From UHGV virus genome UHGV-0110762: 37,161 nt of DNA; one strand, given 5' to 3'. Under the pieces are notes generated by a model. The model worked only from the letters and a program-made list of their open reading frames with translations, had not been told where the DNA came from and ran no database searches. Source of the stretch: a virus. Made by a program: the position numbers and the translations under genes. Below are positions 7,701 through 16,033 of the stretch, one piece after another; within the stretch, counting starts at the first letter, position 1, and each line of letters begins with the position of its first letter.

Positions 7701-8556
7701 ATTAACCGGCTACGTATGGGATGGTTGCGCAGCGTCGGGCATGAAGTTGTCCAGTGTTGCGATCATGGCTCGCCTTGCTGACTTCAGCAGCGATGAAGGT
7801 GTGTGCTGGCCGTCAATTGAAACTATTGCTCGCCAGCTTGGCGCAGGCCCGAGCACTATCAGAACGGCAATCGCAAAGCTTGAAAAAGATGGCTGGCTCA
7901 CACGTACACAGCGCCGTAATGGTAACCGTAATGCTTCGAACGTGTATCGGCTGAATGTGGCGAAACTTCAGACTGCCGCATTTTCTCAACTGTCAGATTC
8001 TGACACGTCAAAATCTGACGCATCAAAATTTGACGCCTCAAAAACTGACCCGTCGAAATCTGGCAAAAACGATGGTTTTGACCCGTCAGAATCTGGCGGG
8101 GATCCGTCAGTAAAATCAAAACAAGATCCACAAGTAACTTCAAAACCCTCTTGTCCGGTTGCGGCGCAACCCGACCCTGAGGTTGTGATTACTGATCAGG
8201 CCAGACAGGTCTTGTCTTACCTGAACCAGACAACTGGCTCACGCTACCAGGTATGCAGTACGTCGCTGGAGAATATTCGCGCCCGTCTTCGGGAACAATT
8301 CACGGTTGATGACCTGTGCCTGGTAGTGGATTACAAAAATGCCGATTGGCGTGATAGCGAGCAGGCGCAATACCTCCGCCCGGCAACTCTGTTCATTCCA
8401 AAAAACTTCCCTGGTTACCTGCAAAGCGCGACCAAATGGTCCAGTGCTGGCCGGCCTGAACGCGTTAACGGCAAATGGGAGACTAACTCAGCCAGCCGCG
8501 CAAACTTCCAGAGTGTTGATTACTCACTGCCAGAAAATTCGGGGTTCCGTTCATGA
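7690..8556 (+). CDS. Replication initiator, lambda O-like (N-terminal HTH origin-binding domain, low-complexity linker, conserved C-terminal domain)
   Basis: N-terminus SVAIMARLADFSSDEGVCWPSIETIARQLGAGPSTIRTAIAKLEKDGWL is a typical phage replication-protein HTH; contains tandem DNA iterons inside the coding region as lambda O does. Confidence 0.7.
   Translation: MSTKLTGYVWDGCAASGMKLSSVAIMARLADFSSDEGVCWPSIETIARQLGAGPSTIRTAIAKLEKDGWLTRTQRRNGNRNASNVYRLNVAKLQTAAFSQLSDSDTSKSDASKFDASKTDPSKSGKNDGFDPSESGGDPSVKSKQDPQVTSKPSCPVAAQPDPEVVITDQARQVLSYLNQTTGSRYQVCSTSLENIRARLREQFTVDDLCLVVDYKNADWRDSEQAQYLRPATLFIPKNFPGYLQSATKWSSAGRPERVNGKWETNSASRANFQSVDYSLPENSGFRS
7992..8118. repeat. Iteron array (candidate phage origin): five tandem 15-bp repeats of the GTCARAATCTGAC type (7992-8064) plus two degenerate copies (8084-8096, 8106-8118)
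   Basis: Direct repeats gtcagattctgac / gtcaaaatctgac / atcaaaatttgac / ctcaaaaactgac / gtcgaaatctggc at a 15-bp period; each unit has inverted ends (GTCAG...CTGAC); they encode the repetitive SDTSKSDASKFDASKTDPSKSG peptide. Confidence 0.55.
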
Positions 8557-9872
8557 TGACCAATAAATATTGCCAGGTGCTGGCGGCACTGCGTAGCAAA
8601 CCAGCTCACGAATTGAAAGAAGTTGGCGATCAGTGGCGGACACCGGATCTGCTTTTTTGGGGGATCAACGCGCTATTTGGTCCATTAGTTCTGGACTTGT
8701 TTGCTGACGACGACAACGCGAAGTGCCCAGCATGGTACACCGCCGAAGATAACGCGCTGACACAGCACTGGTCTGAACGTCTGGCAGAACTGGGCGGCGC
8801 TGGTTATGGCAACCCTCCGTATAGCCGTTCGCAGTACCACGAGAAGCAGGCGATCACCGGCATGACGCATATCATGAACTACGCAGCAGCCCAGCGCGAG
8901 AAGGGCGGTCGCTATGTATTCCTGATAAAAGCCGCGCCGAGTGAAACGTGGTGGCCAGAAGATGCCGATCACATTGTATTCATTCGTGGTCGTATTGGGT
9001 TCGATCTGCCTGTGTGGTTTGTACCTGCTGACGAAAAACAGAAACCCACCAGCGCGTTTTTTGCCGGTGCCATAGCTGTATTCGATAAGTCGTGGCGTGG
9101 TGAGCGGTTCAGCTATATCAACCGCACAGAACTGGAGGCAAAAGGGCGGGCGTTTATGACTTTGGCGCAATTTGCTGCCAGCAAGTCTCAACCTGCAACT
9201 GCCACACCTCCTGCAGCTGATAAGCCAGAAGCTGAGTTGCCACTCACTCAGAAAGATATTTTTGATGTCAGCGGCGTCGAGGCGTGGGCATGCGTTAGAG
9301 CTGCGTTTGGCGATAAAGAAGAATACACATTCAGTGAATCGAAGTTTGGGCATACCTGGGCGGCGGATTCTGTTGAAGCACCGGAATTCACTCAGGTATC
9401 ACCATTAACGATCGACAAAGCGAAGCTGCTTATTCGTGAGAGTATTTTGTTCGGTGTGGATGAGTGGTTGTTGTCGATTGAATTCGATGACGCTGCAGTG
9501 CGCCTGGATATGTCGGAACGTATTCGCACTGTTGCCCTTGAAGCATCCGGTGAATATGGCATGAACAGCACTGATTTCATTGCAGCCATGGGAAGCCTGG
9601 ATGTTTCCAGATGGTCCAATATTCGCCAGATCCGCATGCACATCCGTGAGAAAGCTAAACCAGTAGCGGATCCGCTTCCCGAGTCCCGTATCTGGCCACT
9701 GGAGGTTGGGATTGTGTTCAACCAGGTAGATGGCGCTGACATGTTGGATGAATCACAGCAGAACAAGCTGAAAGCCAACATCAATCAACTCTGGCTGGAA
9801 CGAACGGCCACCAGCGAAATCATTACTGCCGCTTCTGAACTTGTTCGCAATATGCGGGGAGAGGCCGCGTGA
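8553..9872 (+). CDS. Phage Dam-family N6-adenine DNA methyltransferase fused to a roughly 225-aa C-terminal domain of unknown function
   Basis: N-terminal about 215 aa carry the phage Dam family pattern (WRTPDLLF...LDLFADDDNAKC..YTAEDNAL...GNPPYS); ORF continues uninterrupted for a further 225 aa; ATGA overlap with the O-like gene. Confidence 0.65.
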   Translation: MMTNKYCQVLAALRSKPAHELKEVGDQWRTPDLLFWGINALFGPLVLDLFADDDNAKCPAWYTAEDNALTQHWSERLAELGGAGYGNPPYSRSQYHEKQAITGMTHIMNYAAAQREKGGRYVFLIKAAPSETWWPEDADHIVFIRGRIGFDLPVWFVPADEKQKPTSAFFAGAIAVFDKSWRGERFSYINRTELEAKGRAFMTLAQFAASKSQPATATPPAADKPEAELPLTQKDIFDVSGVEAWACVRAAFGDKEEYTFSESKFGHTWAADSVEAPEFTQVSPLTIDKAKLLIRESILFGVDEWLLSIEFDDAAVRLDMSERIRTVALEASGEYGMNSTDFIAAMGSLDVSRWSNIRQIRMHIREKAKPVADPLPESRIWPLEVGIVFNQVDGADMLDESQQNKLKANINQLWLERTATSEIITAASELVRNMRGEAA

Positions 9873-10255
9873 AACTGATCCTGCCTTTTCCTCCGAGCGT
9901 GAACACTTACTGGCGCGCCCCTAACAAGGGGCCGCTGGCCGGTCGTCACCTCATTAGCGCTGATGGCCGTAAATACCAGAGCGCTGCCTGCGTGGCGATC
10001 ATTGAGCAATTACGACGTCTCCCGAAGCCATCGACTGAACTGGCTGCGGTAGAAATCACTCTGTACCCGCCAGATGCGCGCCGCCGGGATATCGATAATT
10101 ACAACAAAGCCCTGTTTGACGCGCTGACGCATGCGGGTGTCTGGGAAGACGACAGCCAGATTAAGCGCATGCTGGTGGAATGGGGACCCGTAGTGCCGAA
10201 AGGTCGGGTAGAGATAACGATCAGCAGATATGAACCGGCGGGTGCAGCCGCCTGA
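9869..10255 (+). CDS. rusA: RusA-family Holliday junction resolvase
   Basis: MKLILPFPPSVNTYW N-terminus and overall 128-aa size are characteristic of RusA; GTGA-type overlap with the upstream gene. Confidence 0.85.
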   Translation: MKLILPFPPSVNTYWRAPNKGPLAGRHLISADGRKYQSAACVAIIEQLRRLPKPSTELAAVEITLYPPDARRRDIDNYNKALFDALTHAGVWEDDSQIKRMLVEWGPVVPKGRVEITISRYEPAGAAA

Positions 10256-10268
10256 TATGGAGAAAAGT

Positions 10269-10952
10269 ATGAGCCAATTAGCAACAACAGCATTAACCAT
10301 GTCCAGCAGCGATATTGCTGAGCTGGTGGAATCACGACATGACCATGTTAAACGGTCCATTGAACGCCTGGCAGAGCGCGGTGTTATTGAACTCCCCCCA
10401 ATGGGGGAAGTTAAAAATCACCTCAATCAGTCGGTATCGGTTTATCTGATAGGGAAGCGGGACAGTTATATCGTTGTCGCGCAGCTGTCGCCGGAGTTTA
10501 CCGCGCGTCTGGTTGATCGCTGGCAGGAGCTTGAGCAGGCACAGCAGCAGACGATTCCTCAATCATTCTCTGAAGCCCTACGTCTTGCAGCTGACCTTGC
10601 AGAACAAAAACAACAGTTGACTAACGAACTGGCTGCCGCTGCGCCGAAGGTAGCGTTTGTTGATCGGTACTGTACAGCCAGTGGGTCAATGTCATTCCGC
10701 CAGGTGGCAAAACTGCTTAAGGCCAAAGAGCCAGATCTGCGGTTATTCCTCCTTGAGAACGACATCATGTATCGCCTTGGCGGAACGATGACCCCACGGC
10801 ATCAGCATATTGATGCGGGCCGTTTTGAAATGAAAACCGGCACATCCGTAACCTCAAATCATGCATTCAGCCAGGCACGTTTCACGGCGAAAGGCGTGCG
10901 CTGGATTGGTGGACTGTGGGCAGAACACATTGCCAGGGGGCAGGTCGCGTGA
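10269..10952 (+). CDS. Antirepressor-like protein (Rha N-terminal domain plus KilA-C/ANT C-terminal domain)
   Basis: ATG 10269 preceded by GGAGAA; N-terminal SSDIAELVESRHDHVKRSIERL Rha-like; C-terminal FRQVAKLL...LENDIMYR.GG ANT-like. Confidence 0.65.
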   Translation: MSQLATTALTMSSSDIAELVESRHDHVKRSIERLAERGVIELPPMGEVKNHLNQSVSVYLIGKRDSYIVVAQLSPEFTARLVDRWQELEQAQQQTIPQSFSEALRLAADLAEQKQQLTNELAAAAPKVAFVDRYCTASGSMSFRQVAKLLKAKEPDLRLFLLENDIMYRLGGTMTPRHQHIDAGRFEMKTGTSVTSNHAFSQARFTAKGVRWIGGLWAEHIARGQVA

Positions 10953-11944
10953 GAGCTCTGCTTACCCCCGAGATCGCCCATCGTATGGGGATTGTGCTGT
11001 TCCGTCCCGGTACGGAACTGATGCACCTCTTCATGCGTGGTCGCGTTCTGCTCGAGCCTGAACCAGAAGAAATGGCGTCATTCAGTACCGGGGCTGTTCC
11101 GGCAGCCATTCAGCCGCTAGCTGATGATCCGGTAATGCGTCAGGTCTTCGAGAATGAGAGGGTTATTCAGCGTGCCGGTGGGCTTCCTTCCCTTGAGCAA
11201 TGGTTGAGTAATCGGTTTGAATGCCAGTGGCCACATTCAACGTGGCACGACAAGAACTTCACAACAATGCGGCACCCACCAGGAAGTATTCGCCTGTGCT
11301 GGCATTGCGATCACACTTTGTCGGGGCAGCATACCGAACAGCTTGCAGGTATAGCGGCCGGAAACCTGGTATCCTGGATTCTGGAAGTCATTCGGCGTGA
11401 TTCTGGTTTTCCCGAGTCGCATATCCTGACGCTTCCTGAACTGTGCTGGTGGATGGTCAGAAACGACCTGGCTGATGTTATTCCGGAAAGCGTTGCGCAC
11501 AAAGGGTTGCGCCTTCCGGATGAGAAGATCCGTTCTGTCATGAGGGAAAGCGACATAGTGCCTTCCTCGTCAGCAACCAGACTTGTGCAGGAGAAGGCGA
11601 AGAAGATCCTCACGCTCTCTGTTGATCCGGAGTCGCCAGAGTCTTTTATGCTCAGGCCAAAACGTCGCCGCTGGATAAATGAGACGTACACCCGCTGGGT
11701 TAAAACACAACCCTGTGAGTGTTGCCGACGGCCAGCAGATGATCCGCACCATATCGTAGGGCACGGTATGGGTGGTACAGCAACAAAAGCCCATGACCTC
11801 TTCGTGATCCCTCTGTGCAGAGAGTGCCACGACGAGTTACACGCCGATGTACCAGCATTCGAGCAGAAGCATGGTACGCAGCTTGAGCTGCTACTGCGTT
11901 TTATGGATCGGGCGCTGGCGATCGGCGTAATTGCGAAAGCTTAA
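10949..11944 (+). CDS. DUF968-like protein with C-terminal HNH-like zinc finger (YdfU-like)
   Basis: GTG 10949 overlaps the upstream stop (GTGA); C-terminus CECCRRPADDPHHIVGHGMGG...CRECHDELH. Confidence 0.55.
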   Translation: MRALLTPEIAHRMGIVLFRPGTELMHLFMRGRVLLEPEPEEMASFSTGAVPAAIQPLADDPVMRQVFENERVIQRAGGLPSLEQWLSNRFECQWPHSTWHDKNFTTMRHPPGSIRLCWHCDHTLSGQHTEQLAGIAAGNLVSWILEVIRRDSGFPESHILTLPELCWWMVRNDLADVIPESVAHKGLRLPDEKIRSVMRESDIVPSSSATRLVQEKAKKILTLSVDPESPESFMLRPKRRRWINETYTRWVKTQPCECCRRPADDPHHIVGHGMGGTATKAHDLFVIPLCRECHDELHADVPAFEQKHGTQLELLLRFMDRALAIGVIAKA

Positions 11945-11960
11945 GAAGTATGGAGACCGT

Positions 11961-12791
11961 ATGAATCTGGACAATGTTTTAAAGTTTTTTGCGCCTAAAG
12001 GCATGCACATATCAGATACCAGTAGAGCGACAGCCAGTGAACAACTGACGGTTACTGATGTAATGGCTGCATTGGGGATGACTCAGGCCGATGCGGGGAT
12101 CGGGCTGGCAATGTTTTTAGGTAAAGCTGGTATCAGCAGCCAGGACAGAGAGGCGTCAATAACCTGGCTAACTGAGTACGCGAAAGAGCATGCGCCCATG
12201 GCCATTCGCAAAGCATCAGGGAAAAAGTTTCCCCTCTGCATGCGTATCCTTGCCCGGTTTGCCTATAACGATTATTCCTCATCAGCAGCTGATTGTGTGG
12301 CATGCCCAAAATGTAGTGGTAAAGGGTTGCTTACAACCACTAAAACCGTGACTAAAAGCCATTACACAATGCGATTGCCACAATGGGCAAAAGACCTGAG
12401 ACAGTCACCATCTGACTTTGAGGTAAAGCGAGAAGTAACTGACTCCGAGCAAAGTTTATGTTCGCGATGCCATGGTACCGGAAAGTTAAGTAAGCGATGC
12501 CAGTGTGGCGGAACTGGCAAGACGGTTGACCGTAAAGCGACAGAACTGCAGGGCGTACCAGTTTACAAAGAATGTAAGCGCTGCGAAGGGCGGGGATACA
12601 GCAGGCCAAAATCATCGGTTGCCTATCGAGGTGTTTTTTCTGAGTTGCCGAGTCTGCCTGACCGAACGTGGCGTTATAGCTGGAAACCATTCTATGAAAG
12701 CCTGGTGACCAAATGTTTCCAGGAGGAGAGTTATTCAAGCTCTCAACTGAATCGGGTGACTAAAAGTGAAGATGTGATAAATATCGCGTAA
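11961..12791 (+). CDS. Putative late-gene antiterminator (Q-like by position) with four DnaJ-type CxxCxGxG zinc-finger repeats
   Basis: ATG 11961 with GGAGA RBS; CPKCSGKG, CSRCHGTGK, CQCGGTGK, CKRCEGRG repeats; lies directly upstream of a strong promoter plus short-transcript terminator and the lysis genes, the position of lambda Q. Confidence 0.45.
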   Translation: MNLDNVLKFFAPKGMHISDTSRATASEQLTVTDVMAALGMTQADAGIGLAMFLGKAGISSQDREASITWLTEYAKEHAPMAIRKASGKKFPLCMRILARFAYNDYSSSAADCVACPKCSGKGLLTTTKTVTKSHYTMRLPQWAKDLRQSPSDFEVKREVTDSEQSLCSRCHGTGKLSKRCQCGGTGKTVDRKATELQGVPVYKECKRCEGRGYSRPKSSVAYRGVFSELPSLPDRTWRYSWKPFYESLVTKCFQEESYSSSQLNRVTKSEDVINIA

Positions 12792-12834
12792 TTTAGCGTC
12801 ATGATGTTTGCAATGTTGCCGTATTTGTGTATAT

Positions 12835-12862
12835 TTGACATCAATGATGGGCTTTGTATAAC
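12835..12862 (+). promoter_or_regulatory. Strong sigma70-type promoter (TTGACA-16 bp-TATAAC), candidate late promoter pR'
   Basis: Perfect -35 TTGACA at 12835-12840, 16-bp spacer, TATAAC at 12857-12862, 44 bp after the Q-like gene stop. Confidence 0.55.
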
Positions 12863-12880
12863 TATCGATCACTATGATAA

Positions 12881-12903
12881 CCTCACCTCGGTGGGGTTTT
12901 TTT
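12881..12903 (+). terminator. Rho-independent terminator (candidate tR') about 20-35 nt downstream of the promoter
   Basis: Hairpin CCTCACC-TCG-GTGGGG followed by TTTTTTT; promoter plus immediate terminator is the arrangement Q acts on in lambdoid phages. Confidence 0.5.
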
Positions 12904-12914
12904 ATGGTGATAGT

Positions 12915-13451
12915 ATGGAACTGACTAAAGAAAATGTTGCATTAATTGCTGCTTTGGGGATTTTTGTGGGTACATTGATAACTTCTCTTACAAGTTACCT
13001 CCAGAACAGTAGTAGGCAGTCGCATGAGTGGCGCTCAGAAAGAAATAGAAGGAAAATTGAAAAGGGTGAACAGCTTTATGAGGCATTAATACTTTATAAA
13101 AAATTGCTTTTTGCCAATCATATGAGCTGGATAAATTGTATTGATGGGTGTTTTAAATCTGAGGACATTGGCGATAAATCAGACGAAATTCTCAGTAAAA
13201 ACCCTGAGTATAAAGGAGTTGGTGATAGAATTATTTTAATCTCTGGTGTTTATTTTCCTGAGATTAGCGTTATGTTTGATGAATCTAGAAAATTGCTGAA
13301 ACCAGCCAATTCTGTTTTCTTCAAAATACAGTCAGGTGAAGTTGACGATAAGAAATTGGCGAAGAATATAATTCTAAACGCTGGTCATAATTTTGATAAG
13401 GAGGCTAATAAAATGTTGGACTGTTTATCGAAAGAGATTAGATCGTTGTAA
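12915..13451 (+). CDS. Moron: membrane-anchored hypothetical protein (179 aa, one N-terminal TM helix)
   Basis: AT-rich codon usage distinct from surrounding phage genes; N-terminal hydrophobic segment VALIAALGIFVGTLITSLTSYL followed by a charged soluble domain; between tR'-like terminator and holin. Confidence 0.5.
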   Translation: MELTKENVALIAALGIFVGTLITSLTSYLQNSSRQSHEWRSERNRRKIEKGEQLYEALILYKKLLFANHMSWINCIDGCFKSEDIGDKSDEILSKNPEYKGVGDRIILISGVYFPEISVMFDESRKLLKPANSVFFKIQSGEVDDKKLAKNIILNAGHNFDKEANKMLDCLSKEIRSL

Positions 13452-13469
13452 CAACTCAAAATTAACGAA

Positions 13470-13493
13470 GGTCACCAGATGGTGGCCTTTTTT
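13470..13493 (+). terminator. Rho-independent terminator after the moron gene
   Basis: GGTCACCA-GA-TGGTGGCC hairpin followed by TTTTTT. Confidence 0.6.
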
Positions 13494-13539
13494 ATTCCCC
13501 TCGTTCTGAGAGGACTCACAGCAATAAAGAGGGGGCTAA

Positions 13540-13926
13540 ATGTCCGATCCGATTTCCGGTACTGGGCTGGCTGGTGGTGTCCTGACGGGAGCTAGCGTCT
13601 ATGGATTTCTGTCCGGAACCGATTACGGCGTGGTGTTTGGCGCATTTGCCGGAGCTGTATTTTACATTGCAACAGCTGCGGACCTTAGTGCAACGCGTCG
13701 GCTGGCGTATTTTGTCGTGTCCTACATCGCCGGGATCATCTGCTCAGGGCTGGTGGGTTCAAAGCTGGCTGACTGGACTGGTTACAGTGATAAGCCTCTG
13801 GATGCCATCGGTGCCGTAATCGTTTCGGCTTTAGCTGTCAAAATCCTGACGTTCCTGAACAACCAGGATGTCGGCTCGCTGGTGGCGCTGATAACGCGCC
13901 GGGGAGGTTCAGGTGGTACTAAATGA
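13540..13926 (+). CDS. Holin (multi-TM small membrane protein)
   Basis: AGAGGGGG RBS; 128 aa with several Gly/Ala-rich hydrophobic helices; first gene of the lysis cassette upstream of the endolysin. Confidence 0.6.
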   Translation: MSDPISGTGLAGGVLTGASVYGFLSGTDYGVVFGAFAGAVFYIATAADLSATRRLAYFVVSYIAGIICSGLVGSKLADWTGYSDKPLDAIGAVIVSALAVKILTFLNNQDVGSLVALITRRGGSGGTK

Positions 13927-14194
13927 CCCATCGGCAACAATCAATGCGCTTCTTTGCGCTGGGGTAGTGCTGACCCTGATGTTTTACCGTCGCGGTGACT
14001 CCAGACATCGACCGTGGATATCTCGCTTAGCCTGGCTGCTTACGGTCATTTATAGCGCCGTACCGCTGGCGTATCTGTGCGGTATCTACCCTTATTCATC
14101 GTGGGCCACTATCGGGGCCAACATTATTTTCCTGTCCGTGCTGGTCGCCGTCAGAGGCAACGTGGCACGCCTGGTTGATCATCTGAGGCAATAA
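13913..14194 (+). CDS. Second small membrane protein of the lysis cassette (holin or antiholin-like)
   Basis: 93 aa with 2-3 hydrophobic helices; overlaps the holin stop and the endolysin start (TAATG). Confidence 0.5.
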   Translation: MVLNDPSATINALLCAGVVLTLMFYRRGDSRHRPWISRLAWLLTVIYSAVPLAYLCGIYPYSSWATIGANIIFLSVLVAVRGNVARLVDHLRQ

Positions 14195-14808
14195 TGAACC
14201 AATCACAATTTCAGCAGGCGGCTGGTATCAGCGCCGGGCTTTCTGCACGCTGGTTTCCGCACATTGACGCGGCAATGAAAGAGTTTGGAATTACAGCGGT
14301 TAATGATCAGGCTATGTTCATTGCACAAGTCGGGCATGAGTCTGCTGGCTTTACTTCGTTGGCCGAGAGTTTTAACTACTCGGTTGAAGGGCTGAAGAAA
14401 ACCTTCGGTAATCGCCTGACATCGTATCAGTGTGAAATGCTGGGGCGTGTTGATGGTAAACAGGTCGCTCACCAGCCACAAATAGCCAATCTGGTTTACG
14501 GTGACCGCATGGGGAATAACAGCCAGGGTGACGGCTGGAAATATCGCGGTCGTGGCCTGCTGCAAATCACTGGTCGTGAGAACTACACCAAATGCGGTAC
14601 GGCGCTAAAGCTTGACCTTGTGAGCACTCCGGAACTATTGACGCAAGAGCGACACGCGGCCCGTTCGGCGGCATGGTACTTCACGTTACGCGGTTGTCTC
14701 CTCTATTCGGGGGATGTGGAACGCGTCACGCAGATTATTAACGGCGGGCAGAACGGCATTAAAGACCGCCGTGAACGTTACGCCAAAGCTAAAGCCGCAC
14801 TGGTGTGA
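14194..14808 (+). CDS. Endolysin, glycoside hydrolase family 19 (chitinase-like lysozyme)
   Basis: Motifs FIAQVGHESAGF, NYxxxxxxxxG, GRGLLQITGRENY typical of GH19 phage endolysins. Confidence 0.8.
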   Translation: MNQSQFQQAAGISAGLSARWFPHIDAAMKEFGITAVNDQAMFIAQVGHESAGFTSLAESFNYSVEGLKKTFGNRLTSYQCEMLGRVDGKQVAHQPQIANLVYGDRMGNNSQGDGWKYRGRGLLQITGRENYTKCGTALKLDLVSTPELLTQERHAARSAAWYFTLRGCLLYSGDVERVTQIINGGQNGIKDRRERYAKAKAALV

Positions 14809-14815
14809 GGTCACT

Positions 14816-15085
14816 ATGGGACTTGAAATGATTATCGGCCTGATTGTTGCCGCGCTGGCAGCAATTGCAGGTGCCTTTGGTCTGGGTAAATCTCGCGGTA
14901 CCAGTATCGCAGAAACAAAAGCGGACCAGCAACGCACTGAAGAGCGTGCAGCAGCTACAGAAGCGGTAGCCGAACGCCGGGTAGAAACAACAAAAGGAGC
15001 CAGGGATGTACAGCAGACTGTTAATCATCTTCCTGATGACGATGTTGACCGCGAGTTGCGCGAAAAATTTACCCGCAAAACCTGA
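14816..15085 (+). CDS. i-spanin (Rz-like), N-terminal TM helix plus charged periplasmic domain
   Basis: ATG 14816 after GAGG; MGLEMIIGLIVAALAAIAGAF TM segment followed by Glu/Arg-rich helical region; directly after the endolysin. Confidence 0.6.
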   Translation: MGLEMIIGLIVAALAAIAGAFGLGKSRGTSIAETKADQQRTEERAAATEAVAERRVETTKGARDVQQTVNHLPDDDVDRELREKFTRKT

Positions 15086-15248
15086 AGTAACGGACACGGC
15101 CTGTGACTGGGTGAGCATCATCTACCTCACTGAGCACGATATTGCCGTGCTGGATAAACAGACGAAGCGGGACATATTGGCGCACAACAAATCAGTGCAG
15201 GCTAACTGCATGAAGGAGCCAGGTCGTGAACGTAGAGAACCTAAGTGA
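15006..15248 (+). CDS. o-spanin (Rz1-like) lipoprotein candidate, overlapping the 3' end of Rz in another frame
   Basis: Signal-peptide-like N-terminus ending LTASC (lipobox-like Cys); overlapped Rz/Rz1 architecture. Confidence 0.45.
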   Translation: MYSRLLIIFLMTMLTASCAKNLPAKPEVTDTACDWVSIIYLTEHDIAVLDKQTKRDILAHNKSVQANCMKEPGRERREPK

Positions 15249-15456
15249 CGCGCATTACATCTATAACGAGATGAAAGAGCTACAGCGACAGAAAGGCATA
15301 CTGGAAAGCGGTGCCGGACTTGGGGTGACAATCCAGTCGACCTATCAGGATAATGCCTTTCTTGATGCCATACGCCCGCATGCAGTGGATGAACTTGATC
15401 GGCGTATAGAGGAGAAAAAAGATGTACTGGTTAATTTGGGCCTCTCCTTCTCTTAA
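15226..15456 (+). CDS. Hypothetical small protein (76 aa)
   Basis: GTG start 7 nt after a perfect AAGGAG RBS (15213-15218). Confidence 0.45.
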   Translation: MNVENLSDAHYIYNEMKELQRQKGILESGAGLGVTIQSTYQDNAFLDAIRPHAVDELDRRIEEKKDVLVNLGLSFS

Positions 15457-15472
15457 ACTATCATGCATTACA

Positions 15473-15495
15473 GCAGGCACGTATCAGGTGCCTGC
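15473..15495. terminator. Palindromic hairpin between convergent genes (possible bidirectional terminator, no clear U-tract)
   Basis: GCAGGCAC-GTATCAG-GTGCCTGC perfect 8-bp inverted repeat between the stops of 15226..15456 (+) and 15502..15942 (-). Confidence 0.35.
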
Positions 15496-15501
15496 CATCA
15501 G

Positions 15502-15942
15502 TTAATAGGATATTTTATCGGAAGACTTGAGCGCTTTTAATGTAGCTTCAAGTATATCGAGAAATAGATCAACATCTTCATAATCATAAGATGGATTAGG
15601 TTTGTACTCCCCAATGTAAACCAACCCATTTTTACCTAAAAAGAAGCTAATTACTTCCTTGTTATTTTCATCAGTTGAGTCAGTTGCAACGAACTTCAAA
15701 AGAGGGGCTTCATTGATGACTACCAGTTTCTCATTGAAAACGAGTTCTAACCCATATGTTGAAAGTTCTAGGGTTAGTCTGTTTTCTGCATCTTGATTGA
15801 AAATCAAGGTGTTAGAAGTTAAAGAACTTTCTTTGCATGAGTCAATAACGTTTTTCTTAAGTTTGATTGCTTTTTCATCTAAAGCCTTTTTGTGTTCTGC
15901 ACACTTAATAACCTTACGGACGTCTAAATAGTCGATGCTCAT
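15502..15942 (-). CDS. Moron: hypothetical acidic protein (146 aa), opposite strand to the late operon
   Basis: ATG 15942 with AGAGG RBS; strongly AT-rich; no TM segment; no recognisable motif. Confidence 0.5.
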   Translation of the reverse strand: MSIDYLDVRKVIKCAEHKKALDEKAIKLKKNVIDSCKESSLTSNTLIFNQDAENRLTLELSTYGLELVFNEKLVVINEAPLLKFVATDSTDENNKEVISFFLGKNGLVYIGEYKPNPSYDYEDVDLFLDILEATLKALKSSDKISY

Positions 15943-16033
15943 AATTAAACCTCTTATTGATGAGTTAATAAACATTGAGCCATTAAGGCCAATATCAATA
16001 CTAAAGAATGAGAAAGTTTAAGTTATTAGAGTT

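Noticed and set aside
7992-8118. Possibility that the tandem repeats are a CRISPR array
   Set aside because: Period is 15 bp with no spacers, the repeats are inside a coding gene and match the iteron arrangement of lambda-like origins.
8685-9784. Minus-strand ORFs (222 aa and 130 aa) inside the methyltransferase-fusion gene
   Set aside because: Antisense to a continuous plus-strand ORF whose N-terminus has a clear Dam signature; would be the only leftward genes in a rightward operon.
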